Position numbers and translations under genes: made by a program. A stretch of DNA of 64,000 nt from Parcubacteria group bacterium (GTDB lineage: Bacteria > Patescibacteriota > Minisyncoccia > Moranbacterales > UBA11712): assembly GCA_041659685.1 (NCBI GenBank), contig JBAZXV010000004.1:70355-134354 (forward strand), read 5' to 3'. The notes below the pieces were generated by a model. The model worked only from the letters and a program-made list of their open reading frames with translations. It did not search any database and had not been told where the DNA came from. Position 1 is the stretch's first letter. Each line of letters starts with the position of its first letter. Positions 8,745 to 17,538 of this stretch are shown here, in pieces.

Positions 8745-9290
8745 ATGTCTAGAATTGGAAAAAAATTAATAACCGTTCCGGAAGGAGTGGAAGTTAAAAT
8801 CGACAAGCGACAAATTTCCGTCAAGGGGCCGAAAGGCGCGCTCGATTTTGAATTTCACCCGGATGTGAAGGTGGAGATTGGAGAAAAAGAGATAAAGGTG
8901 GATATTCTGAAAAAAACTAAATTGGCGAGATCGCTTTGGGGTCTGACACGGATTCTCATTTCCAATATGATAGAAGGAGTGACCAAAGGATATGAAAAAA
9001 AACTGGAGCTCCAGGGAGTAGGATATCGAATGGCGGTCCAAGGAAAAAAAATGAATATGGCTCTCGGCTTTTCTCATCCCGTCGAAGTGGATATTCCGGA
9101 AGAACTTGAAGTAAAGATTGAAAAAAATATTGTGATTGTTTCTGGAATCGACAAGCAAAAAGTCGGGCAATTTGCTGCTTCAGTCAGGTCTCTCAAGAAG
9201 GTTGAACCGTATAAGGGAAAAGGGTTTCGATATGTCGGAGAGATAGTGAGAAAGAAAGCCGGAAAAAAAGCGGTGTCCGCCGAGAAATAA
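8745..9290 (+). CDS. rplF: 50S ribosomal protein L6
   Basis: MSRIGKKLITVPEGVEVKID…; L6 tandem domains. Confidence 0.94.
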   Translation: MSRIGKKLITVPEGVEVKIDKRQISVKGPKGALDFEFHPDVKVEIGEKEIKVDILKKTKLARSLWGLTRILISNMIEGVTKGYEKKLELQGVGYRMAVQGKKMNMALGFSHPVEVDIPEELEVKIEKNIVIVSGIDKQKVGQFAASVRSLKKVEPYKGKGFRYVGEIVRKKAGKKAVSAEK

Positions 9291-9297
9291 TAAATTT

Positions 9298-9648
9298 TTG
9301 AAAGGTATGAATAAATTGCAAATGAGAAAAAAAAGGGCGAAACGTGTCAGGGCGAAAGTGAAAGGGACGACCCTCTTTCCGAGGCTTTGCGTTTTTAGGA
9401 GCAACCACTATATCTACGCTCAAATCATTGACGATGAGAAAAATGCGACTTTAGCGGCGTTTGACAGCCGGGAGTTGAAAAACTCCAAAAATGATATTGA
9501 AGCGGCTCGAAAAACAGGGGAAGAAATTGCCAAAATCGCCAAGGCGAAAAAAGTGGAGCAGGTTGTTTTCGACAGAAAAGGTTATAAATATCATGGAAAA
9601 GTGAAAGCATTGGCCGAAGGGGCAAGAAAAGAAGGGCTGAAATTTTAA
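9298..9648 (+). CDS. rplR: 50S ribosomal protein L18
   Basis: …RLCVFRSNHYIYAQIIDDEKNATLAAF…; L18 family. Confidence 0.92.
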   Translation: MKGMNKLQMRKKRAKRVRAKVKGTTLFPRLCVFRSNHYIYAQIIDDEKNATLAAFDSRELKNSKNDIEAARKTGEEIAKIAKAKKVEQVVFDRKGYKYHGKVKALAEGARKEGLKF

Positions 9649-9692
9649 CAACAATTAATTTTTTTATTTTTTGATCGCTGATCATCGAAATT

Positions 9693-10190
9693 ATGGCTAA
9701 GAAAAAATTTACAAATCGGAGAGAAAAACCTGAATATGACCAAAAGCTTCTTGATCTTGCGCGTGTAACCCGCGTTGTTAAAGGCGGGCGCCGCTTTCGT
9801 TTCCGCGCTGTTTTGGTGATTGGAAACAGAAACGGAAAGGTTGGAATCGGTGTTTCAAAGGGAAACGATGTCAGCGAGGCGGTCAGAAAAGCTTATAATG
9901 CAGCGAGAAAAAAAATTGTTCAGATAAAGCGGCACAACAACACAATTGCCTGCAATGTTGAAGCCAAGAGCGGAAGCGCAAAAGTGCTTCTCAAGCCCGC
10001 TAAACCCGGGAGGGGAATTGTAGCCGGCGGCGCGGTAAGGGCAATCGTGGAACTCTCAGGCATCAGGGACATTGTTTCGAAATCGATGGGTTCTTCAAAC
10101 AAGTTAAGTGTTGCAAGAGCCACGATTGATGCGCTTGAAAGAGTGAAGTCTATAAGCGGAAGGCAACTTGCCGAGGAACAAACGAAATAA
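9693..10190 (+). CDS. rpsE: 30S ribosomal protein S5
   Basis: …VTRVVKGGRRFRFRAVLVIGNRNGKVGIGVSKG…; S5 dsRBD and C-domain. rplO follows directly, with no rpmD (L30) between them. Confidence 0.95.
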   Translation: MAKKKFTNRREKPEYDQKLLDLARVTRVVKGGRRFRFRAVLVIGNRNGKVGIGVSKGNDVSEAVRKAYNAARKKIVQIKRHNNTIACNVEAKSGSAKVLLKPAKPGRGIVAGGAVRAIVELSGIRDIVSKSMGSSNKLSVARATIDALERVKSISGRQLAEEQTK

Positions 10191-10224
10191 AGAGGAATTA
10201 ATCGAAGTAGAACCATAGAAATAT

Positions 10225-10692
10225 ATGCAAATTCAAGACCTTAAGTTGAAAAAGAGAAAAATCCGAAAAAGAATCGGACGAGGAGGAAAAAAAGGCACCT
10301 ATTCGGGACGCGGCATGAAAGGGCAGAAATCGCGATCCGGAGCAAGCGTCAACCCTATTTTTGAAGGCGGACGATCCACTCTTATCGAGCATCTTCCAAA
10401 AGTGAGGGGATTTAAGTCTCTTTATCCCAAAAATCAAGTCGTCAATCTTGAGGATCTTGAGAAAAATTTTTCTGACGGAGAAACGGTTAATCCTCAGACT
10501 TTGCGCGATAGGCGATTAATTAGTAAAATAAAGATGCCGGTTAAGATTTTGGGCGATGGAAAAATCAGTAAAAAATTGACGATTGAAAAGTGTCTTGTGT
10601 CGAAAAGCGCCGGAGAGAAGATTGAAAAATCCGGGGGAAAAATTACCAGTGATCAACAAACAAAAAACAGTGAACGGGAAAAAAGCGAATAG
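10225..10692 (+). CDS. rplO: 50S ribosomal protein L15
   Basis: …RKRIGRGGKKGTYSGRGMKGQKSRSG…; L15. Confidence 0.93.
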   Translation: MQIQDLKLKKRKIRKRIGRGGKKGTYSGRGMKGQKSRSGASVNPIFEGGRSTLIEHLPKVRGFKSLYPKNQVVNLEDLEKNFSDGETVNPQTLRDRRLISKIKMPVKILGDGKISKKLTIEKCLVSKSAGEKIEKSGGKITSDQQTKNSEREKSE

Positions 10693-10725
10693 TCGCTGTT
10701 CGTTGGTTATTGCTCACTGAAGTAT

Positions 10726-11997
10726 ATGCTTCAAAAAATTACTCAAGTGTTCAAGATTAAAGAACTTCGCAACAAGATCCTCTTTGTTTTGGGGATTTTA
10801 GTTGTTTTTAGGGTTGCGGCCAATATCCCCGTTCCGGGCGTAAATGTCGATCAGCTTCGGAATTTCTTTGAAAACAATCAATTCTTCGGCCTGCTCAATA
10901 TGTTTTCCGGCGGCGGACTCCGGAATATTTCGATTGTAATGCTCGGAGTCGGTCCTTATATCACCGCCTCGATTATTATGCAGCTTCTAACGATGATTGT
11001 TCCGCGCCTTGAGCAGATTTATAAGGAAGAAGGAGAAGCCGGCCGGCAGAAGTTCAATATGTGGACAAGATGGCTGACGGTTCCTTTGGCGGCTCTTCAG
11101 ACCTTTGCCATGATCAACTTGTTTCGTTCCCAGGGCATTTTTGGTTCTCTCACCGCGCTTCAACTGGGAACAATCATAGCGACGGCAACCGCCGGAACTG
11201 TTTTTCTGATGTGGCTGGGGGAGCTTATTACCGAGAAAAACATCGGAAACGGGGTTTCGCTTATAATCTTTGCCGGAATTGTCGCCGGTCTGCCCACCTC
11301 TCTCTCGAGGCTTTTTGTCGTGTGGGAGCCTTCCATGCTGTTTACCTATCTTGGTTATCTTGTTTTTGCAATTCTTGTGATCGCCGGAGTGGTTTTCGTC
11401 ACTGAAGGCCAGAGGAATATTCCCGTCTCATACGCCAAGCGAATAAGGGGAAACAGAGTCTATGGAGGAACTTCGACCCATCTTCCGCTTCGGGTGAATC
11501 AGGCCGGGGTGATACCGATTATTTTTGCCATGTCAATCATGCTTTTTCCCGGGATGATAGCCAACTTTTTCATCCACGCTTCAAATCCTGCCGTTGCCAA
11601 TTTGGCCAATATGGTCAATAACCTTTTTAAGAACCAATGGTTTTACGGGGCGGCCTATTTTGTTCTCGTAGTTCTCTTTACTTATTTTTATACCGCGGTC
11701 ACTTTTGATCCGAAAAATATTTCCGAGAATCTTCAAAAACAGGGAGGATTTGTTCCCGGGATACGGCCGGGACAGGCGACCTCGGAATATCTTCACAGGG
11801 TGCTCAACCGCATCACCCTTGCAGGAGCCTTCTTTTTGGGCGCCATCGCCGTTTTGCCTTTCATTGTCCAGGGGATCACCAATATTCAATCTCTTACGAT
11901 CGGCGGAACGGGACTTCTTATCGTAGTGAGTGTCGTAATTGAAATAATGAAGCAGATCGAATCCCAGATGATAATGAGGGATTATGAAGGATTCTAG
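10726..11997 (+). CDS. secY: Preprotein translocase subunit SecY
   Basis: 423 aa, 10 TM segments, with SecY motifs (…GVGPYITASIIMQLL…, …GGTGLLIVVSV…). Confidence 0.95.
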   Translation: MLQKITQVFKIKELRNKILFVLGILVVFRVAANIPVPGVNVDQLRNFFENNQFFGLLNMFSGGGLRNISIVMLGVGPYITASIIMQLLTMIVPRLEQIYKEEGEAGRQKFNMWTRWLTVPLAALQTFAMINLFRSQGIFGSLTALQLGTIIATATAGTVFLMWLGELITEKNIGNGVSLIIFAGIVAGLPTSLSRLFVVWEPSMLFTYLGYLVFAILVIAGVVFVTEGQRNIPVSYAKRIRGNRVYGGTSTHLPLRVNQAGVIPIIFAMSIMLFPGMIANFFIHASNPAVANLANMVNNLFKNQWFYGAAYFVLVVLFTYFYTAVTFDPKNISENLQKQGGFVPGIRPGQATSEYLHRVLNRITLAGAFFLGAIAVLPFIVQGITNIQSLTIGGTGLLIVVSVVIEIMKQIESQMIMRDYEGF

Positions 11998-12031
11998 AAC
12001 GCGAATTACCGCGGATGGCAAACGATTATGC

Positions 12032-12057
12032 GCGAATAATTATTCAAATTAATTCGT
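12032..12057 (+). repeat. GCGAAT/ATTCGT stem-loop, copy 2
   Basis: Near-identical to 1195-1222 (shared GCGAATAATT(T/A)TATTCAAAT). It sits in the secY-map spacer. Confidence 0.4.
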
Positions 12058-12061
12058 CGAC

Positions 12062-12832
12062 ATGATGATAATCAAGTCAAAGGAAGAAATCGAAATAATG
12101 CGCGAAGGCGGGCGGATTTTGGCCGAAACGCTTCAGAGAGTCGGTGAAAAGATAAAATCTGGCATCAGTGCGTTTGAACTGGACAAGCTTGTAAAGGAGC
12201 TTGTTTTTTCTATGGGCGGACGGCCTTCATTTCTTGGGTATAAGCCGGGCGGATACGGCGAAGGGTATCCGGCGGCGCTTTGCGTTTCCGTGAATGATGA
12301 AATTGTCCATGGTTTGCCTTTGGAAAATAAAATTATCCAGGAAGGGGATCTGGTAAAACTTGATCTCGGAGTCGAATATAAAAAATTAAACACGGATGCA
12401 ACGATCATGGTCGGGGTCGGAAAACTTTCCGATACGGCAAAGAAAATTATGGAGGTGACGAGAGAATGTCTGGACTTTGGAATTAAGGAAATCAGACCGG
12501 GCAATAGATTGAGTGATTACGGACGAGCGGTTCAAAATCATGCTGAAAAAAACGGTTTTACGGTTGTCCGGGATCTGGTCGGGCATGGAGTCGGAAAAGA
12601 AGTCCATGAATCGCCTCAGATTCTGAATTATTATCATAAAAGACTTGGAAACATGGAGCTTAAAGAGGGTATGACGCTTGCGCTTGAGCCGATGGTTAAC
12701 GAAGGAGATTATGAAATTGTTTTGGCTGAAGACGGTTGGACTTATAAAACCGCGGACGGGAAATTGAACGGGCATTGGGAGCACACGGTGGCGGTGACAA
12801 AGAACGGATGCGAAATATTAACAAAGATTTAG
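12062..12832 (+). CDS. map: Methionine aminopeptidase, type I
   Basis: Pita-bread fold motifs (…VHGLP…DLGVEY…HGVGKEVHE…LEPMVN…). It follows secY directly, with no adk. Confidence 0.93.
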   Translation: MMIIKSKEEIEIMREGGRILAETLQRVGEKIKSGISAFELDKLVKELVFSMGGRPSFLGYKPGGYGEGYPAALCVSVNDEIVHGLPLENKIIQEGDLVKLDLGVEYKKLNTDATIMVGVGKLSDTAKKIMEVTRECLDFGIKEIRPGNRLSDYGRAVQNHAEKNGFTVVRDLVGHGVGKEVHESPQILNYYHKRLGNMELKEGMTLALEPMVNEGDYEIVLAEDGWTYKTADGKLNGHWEHTVAVTKNGCEILTKI

Positions 12833-12837
12833 TCTTC

Positions 12838-13263
12838 ATGGATGATAAAATATTGGGCATAGACTACGGTCAGTCGAAAATTGGCCTTGCGATGGCGGAC
12901 AATGAGACGCGGATGGCTTTTTCCTATGGAATGCTTAAAAATGACAAGGATTTCCTTCAAAAATTGGCAGAAATTATTGAAAAGGAAAATATTTCAAAAG
13001 TGATAATCGGAATTTTGAGCGGTTCAATTATGCCCCGGCGAGACCAGGAAAAGGATGCGAACAAACCGCTGTCTGAAAGCGAAAAACTGGGCGAATTTCT
13101 TAAAAATAAGCTAAAGATGGAAGTTGAATACCAAAACGAAATGTTTACAACCCGCGAAGCGCAGCGAAATCTAATAGAAAAAGGCGCGAAGAAAATAAAA
13201 AGATATGACGATCAGGAAGCGGCAAGGATCATACTGCAATCGTGGTTGGATAAAAAGGGATAA
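12838..13263 (+). CDS. ruvX: Putative pre-16S rRNA nuclease / Holliday-junction-resolvase-like YqgF (RuvX)
   Basis: MDDKILGIDYGQSKIGLAMAD… matches the RuvX/YqgF N-terminal acidic motif. ATG at 12838, just after the map stop, is preferred over the overlapping ORF-track start at 12775. Confidence 0.75.
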   Translation: MDDKILGIDYGQSKIGLAMADNETRMAFSYGMLKNDKDFLQKLAEIIEKENISKVIIGILSGSIMPRRDQEKDANKPLSESEKLGEFLKNKLKMEVEYQNEMFTTREAQRNLIEKGAKKIKRYDDQEAARIILQSWLDKKG

Positions 13264-13312
13264 TATGATAAAATAAGTAAGAAGGAATAGCGATGGGGTA
13301 AAGCTGAAAACC

Positions 13313-13340
13313 GAAAAACCAGAATCGTTTTTCCTTTTTC
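13313..13340 (+). terminator. Rho-independent terminator candidate (7-bp stem GAAAAAC/GTTTTTC, then a T-run)
   Basis: Perfect 7-bp inverted repeat with a 7-nt loop, followed by CTTTTTCGTTGTTGATTTT. Confidence 0.45.
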
Positions 13341-13385
13341 GTTGTTGATTTTGCTTTTTTAATTTTACTTTTTATTTTTGTGTTT

Positions 13386-14162
13386 ATGCCTGAAACAAAA
13401 AACAATCCCTATCTCTCTGTCATCATTCCGTCCTATAAGGAAGGAAGAAGGCTGGGAAACAATCTCAAAGAAATTAAGGATTATCTTCAAGATAAAAACT
13501 TCGAATATGAAGTCCTTATTGTGGTTGACGGATCTCCTGACAATACGGCGGAGGTGGCAAGAAGCTACAAAGACAAATTTGAGAGTTTGCGTGTTGTTGA
13601 AAATAAAAAAAATCACGGGAAGGGATATGTAGTTCGCCAGGGGCTTCTGGAAGCAAAGGGAGATGTCCGGGTTTTTCTTGATGCTGACGGTTCGACTTCG
13701 ATCAACCATCTGAATACTTTTCTGCCGCAATTCAAGAAAGGATACGATGTCGTTATTGGTTCCCGCGACATAAAGGGAGCTTATATTCAAGTGCATCAGC
13801 CTAAATATCGGGAAACAATGGGCGACATGGGAAATTGGCTTATTCGAATAGTCCTGGGGCTTTGGAGTTATCCGGACACGCAGTGCGGATTTAAGATGCT
13901 AAATGCCAAAGCGGCCGAGGAGGTTGCCAGCCGAATGGTGGTGGACCGTTTCGGGTTCGACTTCGAGCTCATCGTCCTTGCAAAAAAAATGGGGTTTAAG
14001 ATTAAGCAAATGCCTGTCCGCTGGATGAATGAGGAAGGATCAACTGTCAGCCTAACTGGGAAAAACGGATTTACCCAGGTAATAATCGATCTTTTCAAGA
14101 CAAAATGGAGATTAATGACTGGGCAGTATAAAATCTCAAAACGCAAAACGCATAACGCATAA
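13386..14162 (+). CDS. Family 2 glycosyltransferase (dolichyl-/polyprenyl-phosphate sugar synthase-like)
   Basis: LSVIIPSYKEGRRL…EVLIVVDGSPDNTAEVA…FLDADGS…; GT2/DPM1-like DxD architecture. Confidence 0.8.
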   Translation: MPETKNNPYLSVIIPSYKEGRRLGNNLKEIKDYLQDKNFEYEVLIVVDGSPDNTAEVARSYKDKFESLRVVENKKNHGKGYVVRQGLLEAKGDVRVFLDADGSTSINHLNTFLPQFKKGYDVVIGSRDIKGAYIQVHQPKYRETMGDMGNWLIRIVLGLWSYPDTQCGFKMLNAKAAEEVASRMVVDRFGFDFELIVLAKKMGFKIKQMPVRWMNEEGSTVSLTGKNGFTQVIIDLFKTKWRLMTGQYKISKRKTHNA

Positions 14163-14206
14163 CGCAATTAAAAAAGCGTTCCGCGTTTTATGTTCTACGT
14201 TATGTG
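14139..14206 (+). repeat. CATAACGC-family imperfect hairpin repeat, copy 2 (overlaps the GT2 stop)
   Basis: AAACGCAAAACGCATAACGCATAACGC … GCGTTCCGCGTTTTATGTTCTACGTTATGTG; the arms are partially complementary. Confidence 0.45.
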
Positions 14207-14209
14207 AAA

Positions 14210-15226
14210 ATGGAGGAAAATAAAAAAGAAAAACCGAAAAAAATATCCGAATTACGCCGCGATCTTATTACCGGAGATTGGGTCGTTATCGCATTGGGAA
14301 GAGGCAAGAGGCCGGGAGAATTTATAAAAAAAAGAGAACCTTACCCCGCCCTGCAGGATAAATGTTTTTTTTGCTTTCCGGAAGAGATGGGACAGGAAAA
14401 GGACGTCCTGATTTTTCGCCAGTCGGACGGAGATTGGAGTCTAAGGGTAATTCCGAATAAATATCCGGCATTTTCGCGAAATCAGTCGGCAAAATCATAT
14501 GAGGAAGGCCCGTATTTTGCAATGAACGGCGTTGGCTATCACGAGGTTATAGTCACCCGCGATCATTTTCGTCAGATAGCCAATCTTGATCCCATAGAAG
14601 TGGCCGAAATTATTGATGCTTATCAGGACCGCTACCTGAATCTGATGAACAAAAAGTCGGTTAACTATATTGAAATATTTCACAATCACGGACGGGAAGC
14701 GGGGGCTTCGGTAGAGCATCCTCACTCCCAACTGATGGCCATTCCGGTCGTTTCGCCCGGCGTCAAAATGGAACTTGAGGGCGCGGAAGCATATCACAAA
14801 AACACGAGAAAATGCGTTTATTGCACAATTGTCGACTGGGAGCTCAAGGACAGGAAAAGATTGATTTTTGAAAACGATAATTTTCTTGCCTTCTGCCCGT
14901 TCTCTTCAAGAGCCGCTTTTGAAGTATGGGTCATGCCAAAAGCTCATAAGCCCTATTTTGAGCGAATAACAAATGAAGAAAAAATCGATCTTGGCGAAGC
15001 GCTGCAAAAATCCGTGAGTTTGATATATAAAACCCTGGAAGATCCCGCTTATAATTTTTATCTCCATACTTCTCCCTGTGATGGCAAGGACTATCCTCAT
15101 TATCATTGGCATATCGAAATCCTTCCCCATACGGCCACTTGGGCCGGGTTTGAGCTTTCGACGGGTATTGAAATTTCAACGATTGAGCCGGAACATGCGG
15201 CGGAAGAATTGAGGAAACAAACTTAA
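14210..15226 (+). CDS. galT: Galactose-1-phosphate uridylyltransferase (HIT superfamily)
   Basis: CFFCFPEE…HPHSQLMAIPVV…HYHWHIEILP…; GalT-type HIT motifs. Confidence 0.8.
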   Translation: MEENKKEKPKKISELRRDLITGDWVVIALGRGKRPGEFIKKREPYPALQDKCFFCFPEEMGQEKDVLIFRQSDGDWSLRVIPNKYPAFSRNQSAKSYEEGPYFAMNGVGYHEVIVTRDHFRQIANLDPIEVAEIIDAYQDRYLNLMNKKSVNYIEIFHNHGREAGASVEHPHSQLMAIPVVSPGVKMELEGAEAYHKNTRKCVYCTIVDWELKDRKRLIFENDNFLAFCPFSSRAAFEVWVMPKAHKPYFERITNEEKIDLGEALQKSVSLIYKTLEDPAYNFYLHTSPCDGKDYPHYHWHIEILPHTATWAGFELSTGIEISTIEPEHAAEELRKQT

Positions 15227-15313
15227 CACAAATTAAAAACGAATTAAACACAGATACGCAAATTAGCACAGATTTATTAGTGAAAAAAATCTGTGTTGAA
15301 TCTGTAATTTATA

Positions 15314-15796
15314 ATGCTGCATATAGATTATTCAACCTGGTTTCAAAATTTCCCCCCCGAATTGGCTACGTTCCTGATAGCAATGGTTCCAATCTCGGAA
15401 CTTCGGGCATCAATACCGATAGCGATGAAAGTCTATGAACTGCCGATTTGGTCAGCTTATCTCTGGTCCGTTTTGGGAAATCTTTTGCCGATGATTCTTA
15501 TTGTCCTCATATTGAGGCCGATTGCCGAATTTCTTTCAAGGCATTTTGTTTTTTTCCGAAAATTTTTTAGTTGGCTTTTTGAACATACCCGTCATCGCGG
15601 ACAAAAAAAATTTGAAAAATGGGGAGAATTTGCGGTTTTTATTCTAACAGCAACTCCCATCCCGCTCCTTGGCGGATGGACAGGACCTCTCGCGGCATTC
15701 GTGTTCGACGTAAAAATCAAAAAATCAATTCCGCTGATTGTTTTGGGATGCATGACCGCGGGCGCGATTGTGACGCTCATCACGCTATATTTCTAA
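15314..15796 (+). CDS. Small membrane protein, 'small multidrug export'-like (4 TM)
   Basis: 160 aa and hydrophobic. The N-terminal pattern resembles the COG2426/Sm_multidrug_ex family. Confidence 0.45.
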   Translation: MLHIDYSTWFQNFPPELATFLIAMVPISELRASIPIAMKVYELPIWSAYLWSVLGNLLPMILIVLILRPIAEFLSRHFVFFRKFFSWLFEHTRHRGQKKFEKWGEFAVFILTATPIPLLGGWTGPLAAFVFDVKIKKSIPLIVLGCMTAGAIVTLITLYF

Positions 15797-15830
15797 TCAT
15801 TCCTAAAGCTCGGCTTTAGGAATAAAAAAT

Positions 15831-16598
15831 ATGAATAAAAAACTCGTGGTCGGAAATATGAAGATGAATCCCGTTTCACCGGTTGAATTTGGTCGTTATC
15901 TTGACGGATTGGAAAAAGAAACCAAGGGAGAAGATTTTGAACGGGCAGAAATCGTAATTTGTCCGCCGGCTGTGTATTTCCGGCAGTTTTTGGAGCGGAA
16001 ATTCAAGAACGTGAAACTTGGGGCGCAGGACGTTTTTTGGGAATATCAAGGCGCCTACACGGGGCAAATTTCGGCCGGGATGATAAAGGCGAATGGCGCG
16101 CAATACGCGATTGTCGGGCACAGCGAGCGGCGAAAATATTTCGGAGAAAACGAAGAGGTTATCAATTTGAAACTGAAAGCGATTCTCAAAAACGGGTTGC
16201 GGGCAATTCTATGCATCGGCGAAAATATGGAGGAAAGAAGAAGCAACCAAACTGTCGAAGTGATAAAAAAACAGCTAAAGGGAGCGGTGGATGGCGTAGG
16301 ATCGGGGAAAATAGAATATGTGGATATCGTTTACGAGCCCAGTTGGTCTGTCGGCTCGGACAATGTTCCGGCGTCAGATGAAATATTAGAGGCAAAACTT
16401 ATCATTAAAAAAATATTAGCTGAAATATACGGCCATAAAGCCATGGAAAGAGTCCGAATACTTTATGGCGGCAGTATCGCGGTGCGTTTTGCAAATCAAG
16501 TCTGCATTAATCCCGCCATGGACGGCGGTCTTATCGGGCGGGAAAGCCTTGTGCCTTACGATTTCATAAAGATTGCAAAAGTGATCAACGAATCGTAA
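15831..16598 (+). CDS. tpiA: Triosephosphate isomerase
   Basis: …VVGNMKMN…IVGHSERR…YEPSWSVGSD…GGS…; TIM catalytic Lys, His and Glu motifs. Confidence 0.88.
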   Translation: MNKKLVVGNMKMNPVSPVEFGRYLDGLEKETKGEDFERAEIVICPPAVYFRQFLERKFKNVKLGAQDVFWEYQGAYTGQISAGMIKANGAQYAIVGHSERRKYFGENEEVINLKLKAILKNGLRAILCIGENMEERRSNQTVEVIKKQLKGAVDGVGSGKIEYVDIVYEPSWSVGSDNVPASDEILEAKLIIKKILAEIYGHKAMERVRILYGGSIAVRFANQVCINPAMDGGLIGRESLVPYDFIKIAKVINES

Positions 16599-16685
16599 TG
16601 AACATAATATTTACTGTAAAAATTTGATATTTAAATTTTTAATTGCAATACCGATAAAGTTCGGTGTTCAGAATTTATAAAAATT

Positions 16686-17537
16686 ATGCTGGCAAACGTA
16701 AAGGACATTTTATTGGAGGCGCAGGAAAATGGTTATGCCGTCGGGGCCTTTAATACTCCCGATATGGAAGTGACTCAGGCTATTGTGCGGGCGGCGGTCA
16801 AAAAGAATACGCCTGCAATCATTCAGGTCACCGAAAAAACGCTAAGCTACGCCGGGGACAGCGTGATAATAGAAGTTATTAAGGCGGTAATTGAAAAAGA
16901 ATCAGGATCAATTCCGATCGGCCTCCATCTTGATCACGGGAAAAGCTTTGATATCGTCGCCCGGGCGGTTGAACTTGGCATGACTTCGGTAATGATCGAT
17001 GCCTCCGAATACAGCCTTCAGGATAATATTTCCATAACGAAAAGAGTGGTTGATTTCGCTCACCCGAAGGGAGTTGATGTTCAGGCGGAAATCGGAAAAG
17101 TCCCGCATCTTGGAGGAATGGATCCCAATCCCGACTGGGACAAATTCATGACTGATCCGCTGGAAGCCAAATGGCTTGTCGAAGAAACAGGAATCGATGC
17201 ATTGGCGGTTGGTATCGGGAATGCTCATGATTTTTTCAGAGAGCGTCCAGAGCCGGATTGGGAGCGGCTGGAAACAATAAGAAAGCTTTTGCCAAAGACT
17301 CCTATAATCTTGCATGGAGCCAGCGATTGGGTGAATCACAAGGTCACGGAAGCCGTAAAAAGAGGGGTAGTTTGCTTTAATGTTGACACGGATATCAGGG
17401 TGGCTTTCAATACGGTTCTCTGCCAATTCACTCATGACAAATGCGAAGTCATCGATCCGAGAAAAGTCCTGGCGGAGGCGCGGGACGCGGTCCAAAAAGT
17501 CGTGGAAAGAAAGATAGAAATGTTTCGAAACTCTTAA
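16686..17537 (+). CDS. fba: Class II fructose-/tagatose-bisphosphate aldolase
   Basis: …GYAVGAFN…IQVTEKTL…LHLDHG…HGASD…; class II aldolase motifs. Confidence 0.88.
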   Translation: MLANVKDILLEAQENGYAVGAFNTPDMEVTQAIVRAAVKKNTPAIIQVTEKTLSYAGDSVIIEVIKAVIEKESGSIPIGLHLDHGKSFDIVARAVELGMTSVMIDASEYSLQDNISITKRVVDFAHPKGVDVQAEIGKVPHLGGMDPNPDWDKFMTDPLEAKWLVEETGIDALAVGIGNAHDFFRERPEPDWERLETIRKLLPKTPIILHGASDWVNHKVTEAVKRGVVCFNVDTDIRVAFNTVLCQFTHDKCEVIDPRKVLAEARDAVQKVVERKIEMFRNS

Positions 17538-17538
17538 A

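Noticed and set aside
12775-12837. 63-nt N-terminal extension of ruvX overlapping the 3' end of map
   Set aside because: The extension (MGAHGGGDKERMRNINKDLVF) is unrelated to RuvX N-termini, whereas the ATG at 12838 immediately follows the map stop and begins with the conserved ILGIDYG motif.
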